Notes: generated by a model from the letters alone, not told the origin. A stretch of DNA of 64,000 nt from Candidatus Dormiibacterota bacterium (GCA_035533775.1 DATLTA010000057.1:2836-66835), one strand, 5' to 3'; counted from the stretch's first letter, positions 37,643-47,907 are shown. Numbers and translations are program-made.

Positions 37643-40180
37643 TTATCCGCGTCGCGCGGAAGCGGATCCGGCGGCAGTGGCGGTGAGGGAATCGACGAGT
37701 TCGAACAATTTTGCGCTGGTGCAGACTTCGTAATAGGCGCGAGCGCCCGCGGCGCCGATCTTTCCGTCGGGCAGCAGTTGGCGGACGTAACCCCGGCGGA
37801 TGAGAATGGGCTCGGTGCCCTCTCCCACCGGCGTCTCTCCGGCAAAGAACGTGACTTTCTCCCTGCCCCAGGGCATGACGCAATCGGCATCCACCGGGGT
37901 CAGCGCGATTTCCTCCCGCAGCTTCTGAAAACCTTCTTCGTTCACTTCCACGCCGTTCAGGTTGAAGCGGATCAGGAATTCGTCGGCTTCATCCTCGGCC
38001 ACTCCCTCCATCATGGTCTGGAAAATGAAGAGGCGGAACAGTGAGGTGTTCTGCGAAAGCAGGCGCTTGGCGGCCTTGGAGCAGCTGGAGAGGCGATCGG
38101 AGAGATTCAGGGCGCGCGAAATCATGATGCGCGAATCGGTATCCATCCAATAGGTCGGCGCAGAGCCCTGAAAAGCAATGCCCACGCCCAGTTCCAGACG
38201 GGGCAACTCGCTGCATTCGGGCCGCTCGTTGTATGCGGAGGAAACCGCCAGAATTTGACGGGAGAGCGCGCAGGCCTTGGAGACGGCGCGCTGCTGCGCG
38301 CGGTTGGATTCGGTCTCAAAAATCGCCAGGACCAGCGCATCGCCCTCGATAAAGACTTTCGCGGCGCCGTAACGCTCCAGGATGCGCTTCACCGGCTCGT
38401 AGAAATTCAAGCTGAAAAGGGATGCGGGGTTGAGGCCGCGCGCCAGCAGATCCTGGGTGATTTTGGTCGATCCGCGCACGTCGGCCTTGATGATCGTGTG
38501 GGAAAGCACGCGATCCTCCACCGGCCGCGCCTCGGTGGGCAGCAGAAATTCGTAAAGACTGCGGTTCATGTCGGAAAGTTCGCGGGTCCGTTCATTGCGG
38601 ACCAGATTGACGCGCTCCATCGCGGCTATCAGGCGTTCATAATTGCAGGTGTCGCGCCGGAGCCGCATGAAGTCCTCGGCAAAACGAATGGCCACGGCGC
38701 AAACCTCTTCCCGGGGCGTCCTGCGGATTTTCTTGGCCAGGTCGTCAATGCGCTGCATAGAATACTGCCGCGCGGGAAACTGCTTCAGGATATCTTCCAC
38801 GCGCTTGTATTCCTCGCGCGATACCAGGGCCTTTTTCAGCTGCTGCAAGTGGATCGGCGGACAATAATCGTGGCAGACGTTCCGCAACTGGTAGCTGGCC
38901 AGGACATGAGGAAGCAAGTCGCGCTGTTCGAGCCGCGCGACAAATTCCTCGAGCAGGCGTGCCCGCAATTCCAACGAGCTGGCGTGGTCCTCGCCCGGCA
39001 GGCCCGCATCAAACAGGCGGCGCGCGTTTTCCGGCTGATTCAGATAGTCTCCGAGGTGTTCCTGATACTGCTTGGCAAGATAATCGGCTTTGCCGCGTGC
39101 CGCCTCGATGTGCGGGCCAATGTCCTCCAACTTTTGCCGTTCGGAGCGCAGGCGTTTCTCGACGCCGGAAATCGCGGCGCGCAGCTCCGCCGGATCGGCG
39201 CCGAATCCCACGCGCCCCATCAATCCATCGCTGCGATCCAGCTTCCGCGCAAGCGTGGTGTGTTCCTCTTCGAGGCGCGTGATTTCCGCGCGGCCCGCCA
39301 TCGCGGCGTCCATCAGTGCCTGATGCGCCCGCCCGGCCCCGCTGATATCGCTGCCCTGGCTGCCCGCCAGGACCAACTCCCTCAGAAAGTCGAGCAGCAG
39401 CGCGTCGAAGGTCTCCATGCGGTCCTGGTCGCGCACATAATTCCCCAGCAGGACGTAGTGCTCGAGAAACAGCACATCGTCCTTGCCGCCCTCGACAAAA
39501 ATCAGCCGGTTATTCAGGATGTCGTACGCCGCGGCAACCTCATCGCCAAACAGCGCCCTGCGGGACCTTCCCAGACCGTTTTCCTCAATCTCCTGGATCG
39601 CCTGAAACACGTGCTGGCCCGCCTGGCGAAACAGATTCCGGCGATCGGCCTGCAATTCGGCCAGGCGCGATTTGATGACGTGCGCCTGCTCGGTCTGGTC
39701 AAAGTGCTGGCCGCGGCTGCGGATCCATTCCTTGGCCTCCAGCATGAGGTTCGCGAATTGCGTGCTGATCTCCTGCGTCAGATATTTCAGCAGGGAAACA
39801 CGAAGCAGCAGGTCGATCTCGATATTCTGTTCGTATTTGGCTTGCTGCAGCCCGGCATGCAACAAGTCGGAAAGATAGCGCTTCCAAGAAGTAGCCTCCG
39901 GCGAACGCGCCGCTCGGCGGTCGGATTCGCGGCGCTGGTTCTTGCGGCGGTCGATTTGCGTGCGGTCGGCTTGCGGGAGAAACGGGAGGTTCGCGCTCTG
40001 GCGGATAAATTCGAGCAGGTAAGCCCCGCTGGATTCCACAAATTTGGGGCTGAGAAAAACATCGTGATGAATGTTATCCACACCAACGGTCAGCGTCCCC
40101 AAAGGGAGCTCGGCCGTATAAGTCTTCAGATTCACTCGCGCAGGACTCCCCGCGGAGGGCATGAATATGCGCTCAGCCAT
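37643..40180 (-). CDS. 845-aa cytoplasmic protein with a class III nucleotide-cyclase-like domain (aa ~557-715) and large uncharacterised flanking regions
   Basis: IIKADVRGSTKIT aligns with FADIxGFT, FIEGDALVLAIF with KxIGDxxMxxF, and GVGIAFG...ISRALNLSDRLSS with IGIHxG...GxxVNxAxRLxx. No TM segment. Helical, coiled-coil-like N-terminal 550 aa. Confidence 0.7.
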   Translation of the reverse strand: MAERIFMPSAGSPARVNLKTYTAELPLGTLTVGVDNIHHDVFLSPKFVESSGAYLLEFIRQSANLPFLPQADRTQIDRRKNQRRESDRRAARSPEATSWKRYLSDLLHAGLQQAKYEQNIEIDLLLRVSLLKYLTQEISTQFANLMLEAKEWIRSRGQHFDQTEQAHVIKSRLAELQADRRNLFRQAGQHVFQAIQEIEENGLGRSRRALFGDEVAAAYDILNNRLIFVEGGKDDVLFLEHYVLLGNYVRDQDRMETFDALLLDFLRELVLAGSQGSDISGAGRAHQALMDAAMAGRAEITRLEEEHTTLARKLDRSDGLMGRVGFGADPAELRAAISGVEKRLRSERQKLEDIGPHIEAARGKADYLAKQYQEHLGDYLNQPENARRLFDAGLPGEDHASSLELRARLLEEFVARLEQRDLLPHVLASYQLRNVCHDYCPPIHLQQLKKALVSREEYKRVEDILKQFPARQYSMQRIDDLAKKIRRTPREEVCAVAIRFAEDFMRLRRDTCNYERLIAAMERVNLVRNERTRELSDMNRSLYEFLLPTEARPVEDRVLSHTIIKADVRGSTKITQDLLARGLNPASLFSLNFYEPVKRILERYGAAKVFIEGDALVLAIFETESNRAQQRAVSKACALSRQILAVSSAYNERPECSELPRLELGVGIAFQGSAPTYWMDTDSRIMISRALNLSDRLSSCSKAAKRLLSQNTSLFRLFIFQTMMEGVAEDEADEFLIRFNLNGVEVNEEGFQKLREEIALTPVDADCVMPWGREKVTFFAGETPVGEGTEPILIRRGYVRQLLPDGKIGAAGARAYYEVCTSAKLFELVDSLTATAAGSASARRG

Positions 40181-40352
40181 AAACGGTCGCGGCGGACTGC
40201 TGTCCGCGGCAATAATTCAGGTTAGCAAGAAGGCTATATGCGAACAAGGTGGGGAACCCTACCCGTTAACAGCAGATCCGACATTTTATCTGCGGGAAGA
40301 AGAGACTTTTACAGTTCCGTCGTCCTGGTTGCCCCGTATATCTCGCGGCCGC

Positions 40353-40802
40353 TCACTTCCCTGCATCCTCCAGACTCAGACCCGAGATCGCGATGCGCCG
40401 GGCATCGCCCCCCGCATGCTCCAGGCGAATCTCCACGCGAGGCCAGTCCGTGCGGAACGTGAACCGCTCCGACCACTCGATAATCACAATCGCGTTTTCG
40501 CCCAGGGCGTCCTCCAGGCCAAGAGATTCCAGGTCCTGAAAATTTTCCACGCGGTAAAGGTCAACGTGGTAAACCTTGCAGTGATTATGAAATACGTGGA
40601 CCAGAGTAAACGTGGGGCTGGTGACCTCTTCTTCCCTGGCGGCGCCCAAACCGCTGATGATTCCCTTGGACAGAGTGGTCTTTCCGCTGCCCAGGTCCCC
40701 GCTGAGCAGGACCAGGACCGGCGCACGAAGCTTTTCAGCGATCTCCCGGCCCTTGGCGATGGTTTCCTCGCTGGAGCGCGTGACGATTTCCTCAGCGGCC
40801 AT
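40353..40802 (-). CDS. tsaE: tRNA threonylcarbamoyladenosine biosynthesis ATPase TsaE
   Basis: VLLSGDLGSGKTTLSKGI, SPTFTLV, HVDLYR and IEW blocks. The start overlaps the nnr stop by 11 nt. Confidence 0.9.
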   Translation of the reverse strand: MAAEEIVTRSSEETIAKGREIAEKLRAPVLVLLSGDLGSGKTTLSKGIISGLGAAREEEVTSPTFTLVHVFHNHCKVYHVDLYRVENFQDLESLGLEDALGENAIVIIEWSERFTFRTDWPRVEIRLEHAGGDARRIAISGLSLEDAGK

Positions 40803-42396
40803 GTTCCCACTCCGCCAGGACGCGCATAAAGGCTTCCGGTATCGATTCGACCAGGTCCGAAGCAATCAGCGACGCCTGACCCACACGCGATGCGGCGATA
40901 TCCCCCGCCAGGCCATGCAAATAAATTCCAAAGGACAGAACGCGCGGCCAGTCCTCGACGCCAAATTGCGCCGTCAGGCCGGCAAGAATGCCGGTGAGCA
41001 CGTCACCTGTTCCGCCCGTGGCCATCCCGGCATTTCCCGTCGTGTTGATGTAGGCGTGCCCGGAAGTCGTCGCGAGAATCGTATGGAACCCCTTGAGGAC
41101 CACATGCGCGCGCCAGCGCCCCGCCGCATCGAGGGCGACTTCGAGCCGCCGCGCTTGCACGTCCTTGGCCGTCACGCCGAGCAGTCGCGCCATTTCACCC
41201 GGGTGCGGGGTGAGCGCCATCGCCGGGGCGTGGCGCTGGTTGAGGCGATCGGCCATTCCGGTATAGGCGTTCAGGCCATCGGCATCCAGAACGATGGGAA
41301 GGTCCGCCTGGGAAACCAACGCGCGAATAAATTCTTGCGTTTCGCTTTGCGTGGAAAGTCCCGGCCCCATGGCGATGACGGATTTTCCTCGCGCCGTTTC
41401 CGTGAAGCGGCCATTTTCAAAATCACGAAAGCTCACCGTGCCAGCCTCGGTGCAGGCCAGGGGAATGCTCATCATTTCCGGCATGCCCGCCGCAACCACA
41501 GGCTGCACGGCTTGCGGCGTCGCGACCGTAACCAGGCCCGCGCCGGAGCGCAGCGCGCCTCGAGCCGCAAGCACCGCCGCACCGGATTTTCCCAGCGAAC
41601 CGGCCACGATCAACGCATGGCCGTAATTCCCCTTATTGGCATCCGCGGCGCGCGACAGGGGCAAGGCGCGAAATTCCCCCGGCTCAATCCAATGGATTTT
41701 CAGTTGGGGATCGGATTCCAGCAGGTCCGGGGGCGTTCCGATACTGCGGACTACGAGCGCGCCGCAACTCGACGATCGGGGCAAAACCAATTGCCCTAGC
41801 TTGGGGGCGGTCAGGGTCACAGTGAAATCGGCGGCGACCACTGGCCCTGCAAAATCCTGCGCGTCCGAGGCCAGCCCGGACGGCATATCCACCGCAACCA
41901 CCGCAGTGCGACCGCCACCACCGGCCCGCGCGGCATTCACGTCGTTGATGACCGAGGCGAGCAAACCCTTCACAGGGCCATGCAGGCCGGTCCCCAGCAG
42001 GGCATCCACGATTAGATCCGCGCCATCGAGGATGCCTCGCGCGGATTCCCACTCGGGCAGGCTTGTCGCCACACGCAATTTTCCAAGACCTTGCTGCCAG
42101 CGTTTCAGGTTCGCCGCGGCATCGCCCTGGACCGCGCCCGGATCGGCAAACAGAAAAACTTCCGGCGCGCACCCGGAGTCCTTCAGCAGCCTGGCAACCA
42201 CGATGCCGTCGCCGCCATTGTTCCCTTTGCCGCTCAGCACCACGATTTTGCGCTGCTGTAGCCCGGGAAATGTTTGGCGCAGGAATTCGGCAATCGCCGC
42301 GCCCGCATTTTCCATCAGCTGCAGGCTGGGAATGCCGTATCGCTGGGAGGTGATACGGTCCGCCTCGCGCATTTGCGCTGCCGTGAGGACTTTCAT
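40792..42396 (-). CDS. nnr: bifunctional NAD(P)H-hydrate repair enzyme (epimerase/ADP-dependent dehydratase)
   Basis: N-terminal YjeF_N (GKGNNGGDG) and C-terminal carbohydrate-kinase part (KGNYGHALIVAGS, GGTGDVLTG). The start ATG overlaps the upstream stop (ATGA). Confidence 0.9.
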   Translation of the reverse strand: MKVLTAAQMREADRITSQRYGIPSLQLMENAGAAIAEFLRQTFPGLQQRKIVVLSGKGNNGGDGIVVARLLKDSGCAPEVFLFADPGAVQGDAAANLKRWQQGLGKLRVATSLPEWESARGILDGADLIVDALLGTGLHGPVKGLLASVINDVNAARAGGGGRTAVVAVDMPSGLASDAQDFAGPVVAADFTVTLTAPKLGQLVLPRSSSCGALVVRSIGTPPDLLESDPQLKIHWIEPGEFRALPLSRAADANKGNYGHALIVAGSLGKSGAAVLAARGALRSGAGLVTVATPQAVQPVVAAGMPEMMSIPLACTEAGTVSFRDFENGRFTETARGKSVIAMGPGLSTQSETQEFIRALVSQADLPIVLDADGLNAYTGMADRLNQRHAPAMALTPHPGEMARLLGVTAKDVQARRLEVALDAAGRWRAHVVLKGFHTILATTSGHAYINTTGNAGMATGGTGDVLTGILAGLTAQFGVEDWPRVLSFGIYLHGLAGDIAASRVGQASLIASDLVESIPEAFMRVLAEWEHGR

Positions 42397-44441
42397 GCGC
42401 GTGGCTCCGTTGGTGGTGCGGAAAAACGCGAGACAATTACGGTCATATCGTCGGCCTGCTCGGATGTGCTGGACCATTCCTCCGCAGCGCGCATCAACGC
42501 CTCGGCAATCACGCGCGGGGAAGTGTCCTTGTTCCGGATCGCCAGATCGGTCAGACGCTGTGTGCCGAATTCTTCGCCGTAGACGTTCTCCGGCTCGATC
42601 AAGCCGTCGCTATAGGCGATCAGCAGGCTGCCCTGCTCAATTTCCAGCACGCCTTGTTCGAATGGAACATCGTTGAACAACCCGACCACCATGCCGCCGG
42701 TTTCCAGGCGCTCGGTGTGGCTGCCGCTGATATACAGCGGGGGTAGATGCCCTCCGTTCGTGTAGCTCAGCTTGCGCGTTTGGGTATCGTACACGCCCAG
42801 GAAGAGCGTGGCGTAACGTTCTTCAGTGCTGTTCCGGAACAGATGCCGGTTCAGGTGAGAGATGATCTCTGCGGTATTGATCTGCTCGTGCGCGCTTCCG
42901 GGCTTGCCGTTGCGATAGCGGAGGACCTCGCTGCGCAAGGTCGCCTGCACATTGGCCATCAGCAGCGCGGCGGAAATTCCCTTTCCGCTGATGTCGGCGA
43001 GGACGATGGCCAGGCACGTGGGCGATATGCGAATGAAATCGTAATAGTCGCCGCTGACCGTCCTTGCCGGGCGGCAGATGGCTTCCACCTCCAGGCCCGG
43101 CAATTTCGGCATGGCATGGGGAAAAAGCTGCTGTTGCACTTCGAGCGCGATCGAAAGCTCGTTTTCCAGCCTGTGCCGCTGGCGCTGCTCTTCAATCAGC
43201 AGGGACACCGAATGCGTCATCGAGTTGAACGACTCGCCCAGCGCGGCGAGCTGGTCATAATGCGGCACACGGACGCGGAACGTCAGGTCGCCCGCCTGCA
43301 CGTGTTGCGTTGCACGATACAGGTCGTCGACCGCCGTTGTGATCGTCCGCGTCATGATAATTCCCGTCACCAGCGATCCAAATTCAATCAGCAGGAACAC
43401 CGCGCCAACCACCAGCAGCGCCGTCGCAGCCACCCCGCCCAGTTCTCCCAGTGGGCTGAACAACCTCCGGTTCAGCACCGACGGCCGGGTGCTGAACGAT
43501 ACGAACACGCGGGTCGGATTCTCCAGCCCGGACTTATGGTCCATATCCAATACGTCCAGGCTTACGATGCCCGAGATCAATTTATCAAACAGGTTGACGG
43601 CCGGGGGAACGGCCCGGTCCGGCGCCTGGATTTCTTGCACGCGAGTGTAGGCCTGCCGGTTGATCACCACGGTGTCCGTACCGTTCGCGGGGCCGATTTG
43701 CCGCCGCAGCACGTCGAACTCGATGGGCCCAAGGTCAGTCGCAAGCGTACTCAGCAGCGCCGGCGTGACCGGAGCGGTCGCCGAAATCAGTACGCGTCCT
43801 GACGGAGTGTCACGGGCGACGACGGCCCGCAGAACCAGGGCCCCATTGCTGAAGACGAGCCCTCGAAACCGGCGCCCATAGCGCGAAGTGCTTCTCTGCA
43901 GTAAATCCCCTCCCTTGCCGGATTCCACCTTTAAGCCAGGCAGGTCCCCCCTGGCATTCTTGATGTAGGTCCCCTCGTCCACCGGCAGCGCCAGAGCTGC
44001 GGCAGCGCGTCCCGAGGTGGTTTCCACCGCCTCCGAGGTCGCCAGCGTCCCGGTAACCTCGGCCAGGCGCACCATGCGCGCTTCGACCTCGTTGTAAATG
44101 ACGTACGATCCGAGCTGCCAATAGAGCAAGTACGCAGCCAGCCCTGCCATGGTCAGCAGAAGCAGCACAGGCACGACGGCGATAAACAGATAGGCGGCGA
44201 TCAAGCGGTTGCGAAGACGCCAGAGAAGACGGTCCCGGGCCCACACCCACCCGCGGACCACCAAATAACCCAACGCGCAAATCACGAGGAATAGAAGGAA
44301 CCCGCTTTCAGGCGTGTTCACAAACAACACCCGCATTCCCCACAGGACTGCGTAAAGAACCAGAACCGCAAGGGCTGCCCAATCGGCGAGCTTCATGCCC
44401 TTCCAGAAGGATCGAAGTCGAGTTGTAGATTGCGGGCCCAT
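42393..44441 (-). CDS. membrane HAMP-domain PP2C (SpoIIE/RsbU-type) serine phosphatase
   Basis: N-terminal TM helices plus an extracytoplasmic loop, a HAMP domain (DDLYRATQHVQAGDLTFRV...LGESFNSM), and PP2C blocks SGDYYDF, DISGKG, YSDGLIE, DDMTVIV. Confidence 0.85.
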   Translation of the reverse strand: MGPQSTTRLRSFWKGMKLADWAALAVLVLYAVLWGMRVLFVNTPESGFLLFLVICALGYLVVRGWVWARDRLLWRLRNRLIAAYLFIAVVPVLLLLTMAGLAAYLLYWQLGSYVIYNEVEARMVRLAEVTGTLATSEAVETTSGRAAAALALPVDEGTYIKNARGDLPGLKVESGKGGDLLQRSTSRYGRRFRGLVFSNGALVLRAVVARDTPSGRVLISATAPVTPALLSTLATDLGPIEFDVLRRQIGPANGTDTVVINRQAYTRVQEIQAPDRAVPPAVNLFDKLISGIVSLDVLDMDHKSGLENPTRVFVSFSTRPSVLNRRLFSPLGELGGVAATALLVVGAVFLLIEFGSLVTGIIMTRTITTAVDDLYRATQHVQAGDLTFRVRVPHYDQLAALGESFNSMTHSVSLLIEEQRQRHRLENELSIALEVQQQLFPHAMPKLPGLEVEAICRPARTVSGDYYDFIRISPTCLAIVLADISGKGISAALLMANVQATLRSEVLRYRNGKPGSAHEQINTAEIISHLNRHLFRNSTEERYATLFLGVYDTQTRKLSYTNGGHLPPLYISGSHTERLETGGMVVGLFNDVPFEQGVLEIEQGSLLIAYSDGLIEPENVYGEEFGTQRLTDLAIRNKDTSPRVIAEALMRAAEEWSSTSEQADDMTVIVSRFSAPPTEPRA

Positions 44442-44714
44442 GCCTTCACGAAAACCATTTCACGGCGATCCTGCCAAGCTCACCGCCGGAAATAGCGCAT
44501 GCAGGGCGAGCCTGTGGATCACAAAGATCCATGGACAGCACGCGAAAATGAGGAAAATGCCTCATGCCGCGCCTTTGAGCGTAGCAGCCCTCGGCACGTC
44601 ACGCAAAGGTCTTGAGAGCCGCGAGCCATTCGGGGAGCCATCCCCGGAAGCCTCATTTTTCGACACCCGGCAATGGAAATAGAAAAGGTTTGCAATCTTC
44701 CCGCCCGCCCGGTC

Positions 44715-46244
44715 TTACTTCCGGTCCGAAATGGCTGCGGCGTCTGCTTCACGATTCTGAATGCGTAACCGGCTATGGCGCACGCCGTAACCGAAATAGA
44801 TCACCAGGCCAATCGCCAGCCAGACGAAAAGACGCAACCAGTTTTCCACGGGCAGGGAAAACATCAGGACCAGGCAGCACAAAATCCCCATGACGGGCAC
44901 AAACGAACCGAGTGGCGCGCGAAACGGACGATGCACGTTGGGATGCGTGCGCCGCATGATCAACACCGCCGCGCAAACAATCACGAAAGCCAGCAATGTG
45001 CCGATATTGACCAGTTCCGCCAGGATGCGCAGCGGCAGAAACGCCCCCATGGTGGCCACGAAAGCGCCCGTCAGGATCGTCGCCTTCCAGGGAGTGCGGT
45101 AGCGCTCGTGTACGGCGGCAAAGAATCCGGTGGGCAGCAAGCCGTCGCGCGCCATGGCCAGAAAGATTCTGGGCTGGCTCAGCATCATCACCAGCAGCAC
45201 CGAGGTAATTCCCGCCACGGCTCCAATGGAAACCAGCAGTTGGGCCCACGGCAAACCCACCTGGCGGAAGGCGTCGGAAACCGGAGCGTCAATGTTGATC
45301 TTGCTGTAAGGAACCATGCCGGTGAGCACGGCGGACACGGCAATGTAGAGGACTGTGCACAACACCAGCGAGGTCAAAATTCCGATGGGCACATCCCGCG
45401 AAGGGTTGCGGGCCTCCTCGGCGTGCGTGGAGATCGAATCGAACCCGATATACGCAAAGAAAACGATGGCTGCGCCCGCCAGCATGCCCACCGGCGCGCC
45501 GGTCGGCCCGGTTTTTCCCATCACAACATGGCCGAAGAAGCTCAAACCGCTCAGTCCAAACGGAGCGAACGGATGCCAGTTGGCCGTATGCACGTAAAAC
45601 GCGCCCACACCAATCACGAAGAAGACAATGGTGAGCTTCAGCATGACGATCCCGGCATTCAGGCTGGCGCTTTCGCGAATCCCCTTCACCAGGACAATGG
45701 TCACCAAAACGGTAATCACGATTGCCGGCAAGTCAAACCACGTTCCGGTCAACGTGAGCCGGCCCGATGCCGGATTGAAATCAAAAGGGGCGTTGGTGAA
45801 GACGAACGGCAATGCAATATGGAAATAAGACAGAAAATCCTGAAAATAATGAGACCAGCCATGCGCAACCGTGGCCGAGGCGACCGCGTACTCCAGGGTG
45901 AGATCCCAACCGATGATCCAGGCAAGCAGCTCGCCCAGCGTCGCATACGCGTAGGTATAGGCGGACCCCGCCACGGGCACCATGGAAGCGAACTCCGCAT
46001 AACACAGCGCCGCGAAAACGCAGGTCAGCCCGGAGGCCACGAACGACAGCATGAGCGCGGGACCGGTAAGATCGTGCGCAGCAACTCCGGTCAGGACGAA
46101 GATGCCCGTGCCGATGATCGCACCCACGCCCAGGCTGGACAGCTGCACCGGGCCGAGCACGCGGTGCAGGCGATTGTTGTCGCGCAGTTCTTCCAGCAGG
46201 GCTTCGTGCGATTTCGTCTGGAACAATTGGCTTGCCATGGCCAC
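44715..46244 (-). CDS. APC-superfamily amino acid permease (cationic amino acid transporter-like)
   Basis: 509 aa with 12-14 helices. N-terminal SLGVGAIIGTGIFVLTG signature. Confidence 0.85.
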   Translation of the reverse strand: MAMASQLFQTKSHEALLEELRDNNRLHRVLGPVQLSSLGVGAIIGTGIFVLTGVAAHDLTGPALMLSFVASGLTCVFAALCYAEFASMVPVAGSAYTYAYATLGELLAWIIGWDLTLEYAVASATVAHGWSHYFQDFLSYFHIALPFVFTNAPFDFNPASGRLTLTGTWFDLPAIVITVLVTIVLVKGIRESASLNAGIVMLKLTIVFFVIGVGAFYVHTANWHPFAPFGLSGLSFFGHVVMGKTGPTGAPVGMLAGAAIVFFAYIGFDSISTHAEEARNPSRDVPIGILTSLVLCTVLYIAVSAVLTGMVPYSKINIDAPVSDAFRQVGLPWAQLLVSIGAVAGITSVLLVMMLSQPRIFLAMARDGLLPTGFFAAVHERYRTPWKATILTGAFVATMGAFLPLRILAELVNIGTLLAFVIVCAAVLIMRRTHPNVHRPFRAPLGSFVPVMGILCCLVLMFSLPVENWLRLFVWLAIGLVIYFGYGVRHSRLRIQNREADAAAISDRK

Positions 46245-46335
46245 CTTTTCTAGTTCGGTGCCAATCAGATTACCCGACCTCGCCTATTTTTAATACTTCC
46301 CTTCCTCATCCCTTCACTTTTTTCTGCTTCGCGCT

Positions 46336-47895
46336 TTACCGAATTGCGCGCGCTCGGGATTTCCACGACCACACCCAATATACCGGCACGCCCAGCAGCA
46401 CGATCAGCAGGCCGGGCCAGGTATCCTGCGTCTGGTACAAAATCAGGATCAGCATGATGATGCATGCGGTAACGATGTAAAGAATCGGCACCAGGGGATA
46501 TCCCCAGGCGCGGTAGGGGCGCGCGGCGTCGGGACGTTTTCGCCGCAACACAAAAATTCCGCCGATCGTCAGCACGTAAAACATCAGCGCGGCAAAGATC
46601 ACGTAGTCGAGCAGGACACTGTAAAGGTTTCCGTAGCTCACCGCGCCCGTGGCCGGGTCCACCAGGCGCGTCCGAAGCAGAACCAGGATTCCCGCCCAGA
46701 CCCCCTGCAGCAGCAAACCCCGCGACGGCACATGTTCCGCGTTGAGTTTGCCAACGCCGCGAAAAAACACTCCGTCGTGCGCCATCGCGTAGTAGACGCG
46801 CGCGCCGGCAAGAATCAGGCCGTTGGCGCAACCAAACGTCGACACCATGATCGCCACGGCCATCAGCGTCGCGCCGCCGTTCCCGAAAATCGCGGCCAGT
46901 GTCGCGGTGGCCACGCGGTCATCCGGGGCCACCTGGATCTGGTGCAGCGTGAGCGTCGACAGGTAGCCTACATTCGCCAGGAAGTAGAGAAAGATCACGA
47001 TGGCGGTGCCCACGGCAAGGGAAATGGGGATGTCCCGCTTCGGATTTTTCACTTCGCCGGCAGTAAACGTGATGTTGTTCCAGGCATCGGCGGAAAACAG
47101 CGATCCCACCTGCGAAACGCCGAAGGCGATCAGTAGGCCGAAGAATCCCGAGGCCGCCGTCACCGACGGGATGAAAGATTTCATCCACTCCGCGCCCGGA
47201 TGAATCGTCTGCGGATCGTGCGTCGCCCACAGGCTGCTGAAATTCGCGTGAATCGCCGCGGCGTTCCGGCCGAAAAACACTCCCGCCAGAATCAACGCCG
47301 CCAGCCCCAGCGTCTTTGCCGAGGTAAAGATGTTTTGAATCCATTTCCCGAGTTTCAATCCGCGCGTATTGATGAGGGTAAGAAAAACGATCAGCAGGAG
47401 CGCGATCAGTTGCTGCACCGAAAGGCTGAGGGCATAGTTTGTCGACAATGCGATGGGCGGCACGACCCAGCGATTCGGAGAAATCGCCGGCCACACCACG
47501 CCGAGAAAACGCGCGAAACCCACGGCCACCGCGGCAATGGTTCCGGTCTGAATCACCAGAAACAGCGTCCACCCGTACAGAAAACCCCAGAGCGGCGAAT
47601 AGGCCTCGCGCAGGTAGACGTATTGACCGCCCGCCTTCGGCATCATTGCCGCCAGTTCGCCGTAGGAAAGCGCCGCCGCAACCGTCATCAGGCCGGTGAT
47701 CACCCACGCGGCCAGCAATCCCCCGCTCGACCCGGTGTTGCGTGAAATGTCGGCGGAGACGATGAATATGCCCGAGCCGATCATCGACCCGACCACGATC
47801 ATGGTCGAATCGAACAGGCCCAGCCCGCGGACGAAGCCGGTGGGCTCACGATCGTCAGGTTTCAGCGCCGGGAACGCGGATTCCAACTCGGACAT
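46336..47895 (-). CDS. APC-superfamily amino acid permease
   Basis: 519 aa. MIVVGSMIGSGIFIVSA signature. The start lies 12 nt after the thiE stop, with AGGAAG as Shine-Dalgarno. Confidence 0.85.
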   Translation of the reverse strand: MSELESAFPALKPDDREPTGFVRGLGLFDSTMIVVGSMIGSGIFIVSADISRNTGSSGGLLAAWVITGLMTVAAALSYGELAAMMPKAGGQYVYLREAYSPLWGFLYGWTLFLVIQTGTIAAVAVGFARFLGVVWPAISPNRWVVPPIALSTNYALSLSVQQLIALLLIVFLTLINTRGLKLGKWIQNIFTSAKTLGLAALILAGVFFGRNAAAIHANFSSLWATHDPQTIHPGAEWMKSFIPSVTAASGFFGLLIAFGVSQVGSLFSADAWNNITFTAGEVKNPKRDIPISLAVGTAIVIFLYFLANVGYLSTLTLHQIQVAPDDRVATATLAAIFGNGGATLMAVAIMVSTFGCANGLILAGARVYYAMAHDGVFFRGVGKLNAEHVPSRGLLLQGVWAGILVLLRTRLVDPATGAVSYGNLYSVLLDYVIFAALMFYVLTIGGIFVLRRKRPDAARPYRAWGYPLVPILYIVTACIIMLILILYQTQDTWPGLLIVLLGVPVYWVWSWKSRARAIR

Positions 47896-47907
47896 TCGGC
47901 CACTTCC

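Noticed and set aside
37643-40180. Pycsar/CBASS-type defence cyclase
   Set aside because: There is no adjacent effector (TIR, TM, patatin or nuclease) and no cGAS/DncV-like fold signature. The neighbours are tsaE/nnr and a surface lipoprotein. It is kept only as an unusual signalling protein.
38255-40225. 656-aa plus-strand ORF opposite the cyclase-like gene
   Set aside because: The composition (R, G, A, Q, L rich; few K, E, Y) is typical of antisense frames. The minus-strand frame has normal composition and the cyclase-like motifs.
44775-46253. 492-aa plus-strand ORF opposite the APC permease. Similar antisense ORFs lie at 3313-4572, 22555-23592, 25491-26561, 40612-41799, 41636-42676, 42747-43802, 48580-49611, 52408-53385, 56903-58195 and 61043-62146.
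   Set aside because: All are antisense to genes with strong family signatures, and all show the same low-complexity Arg/Gly/His-rich composition.
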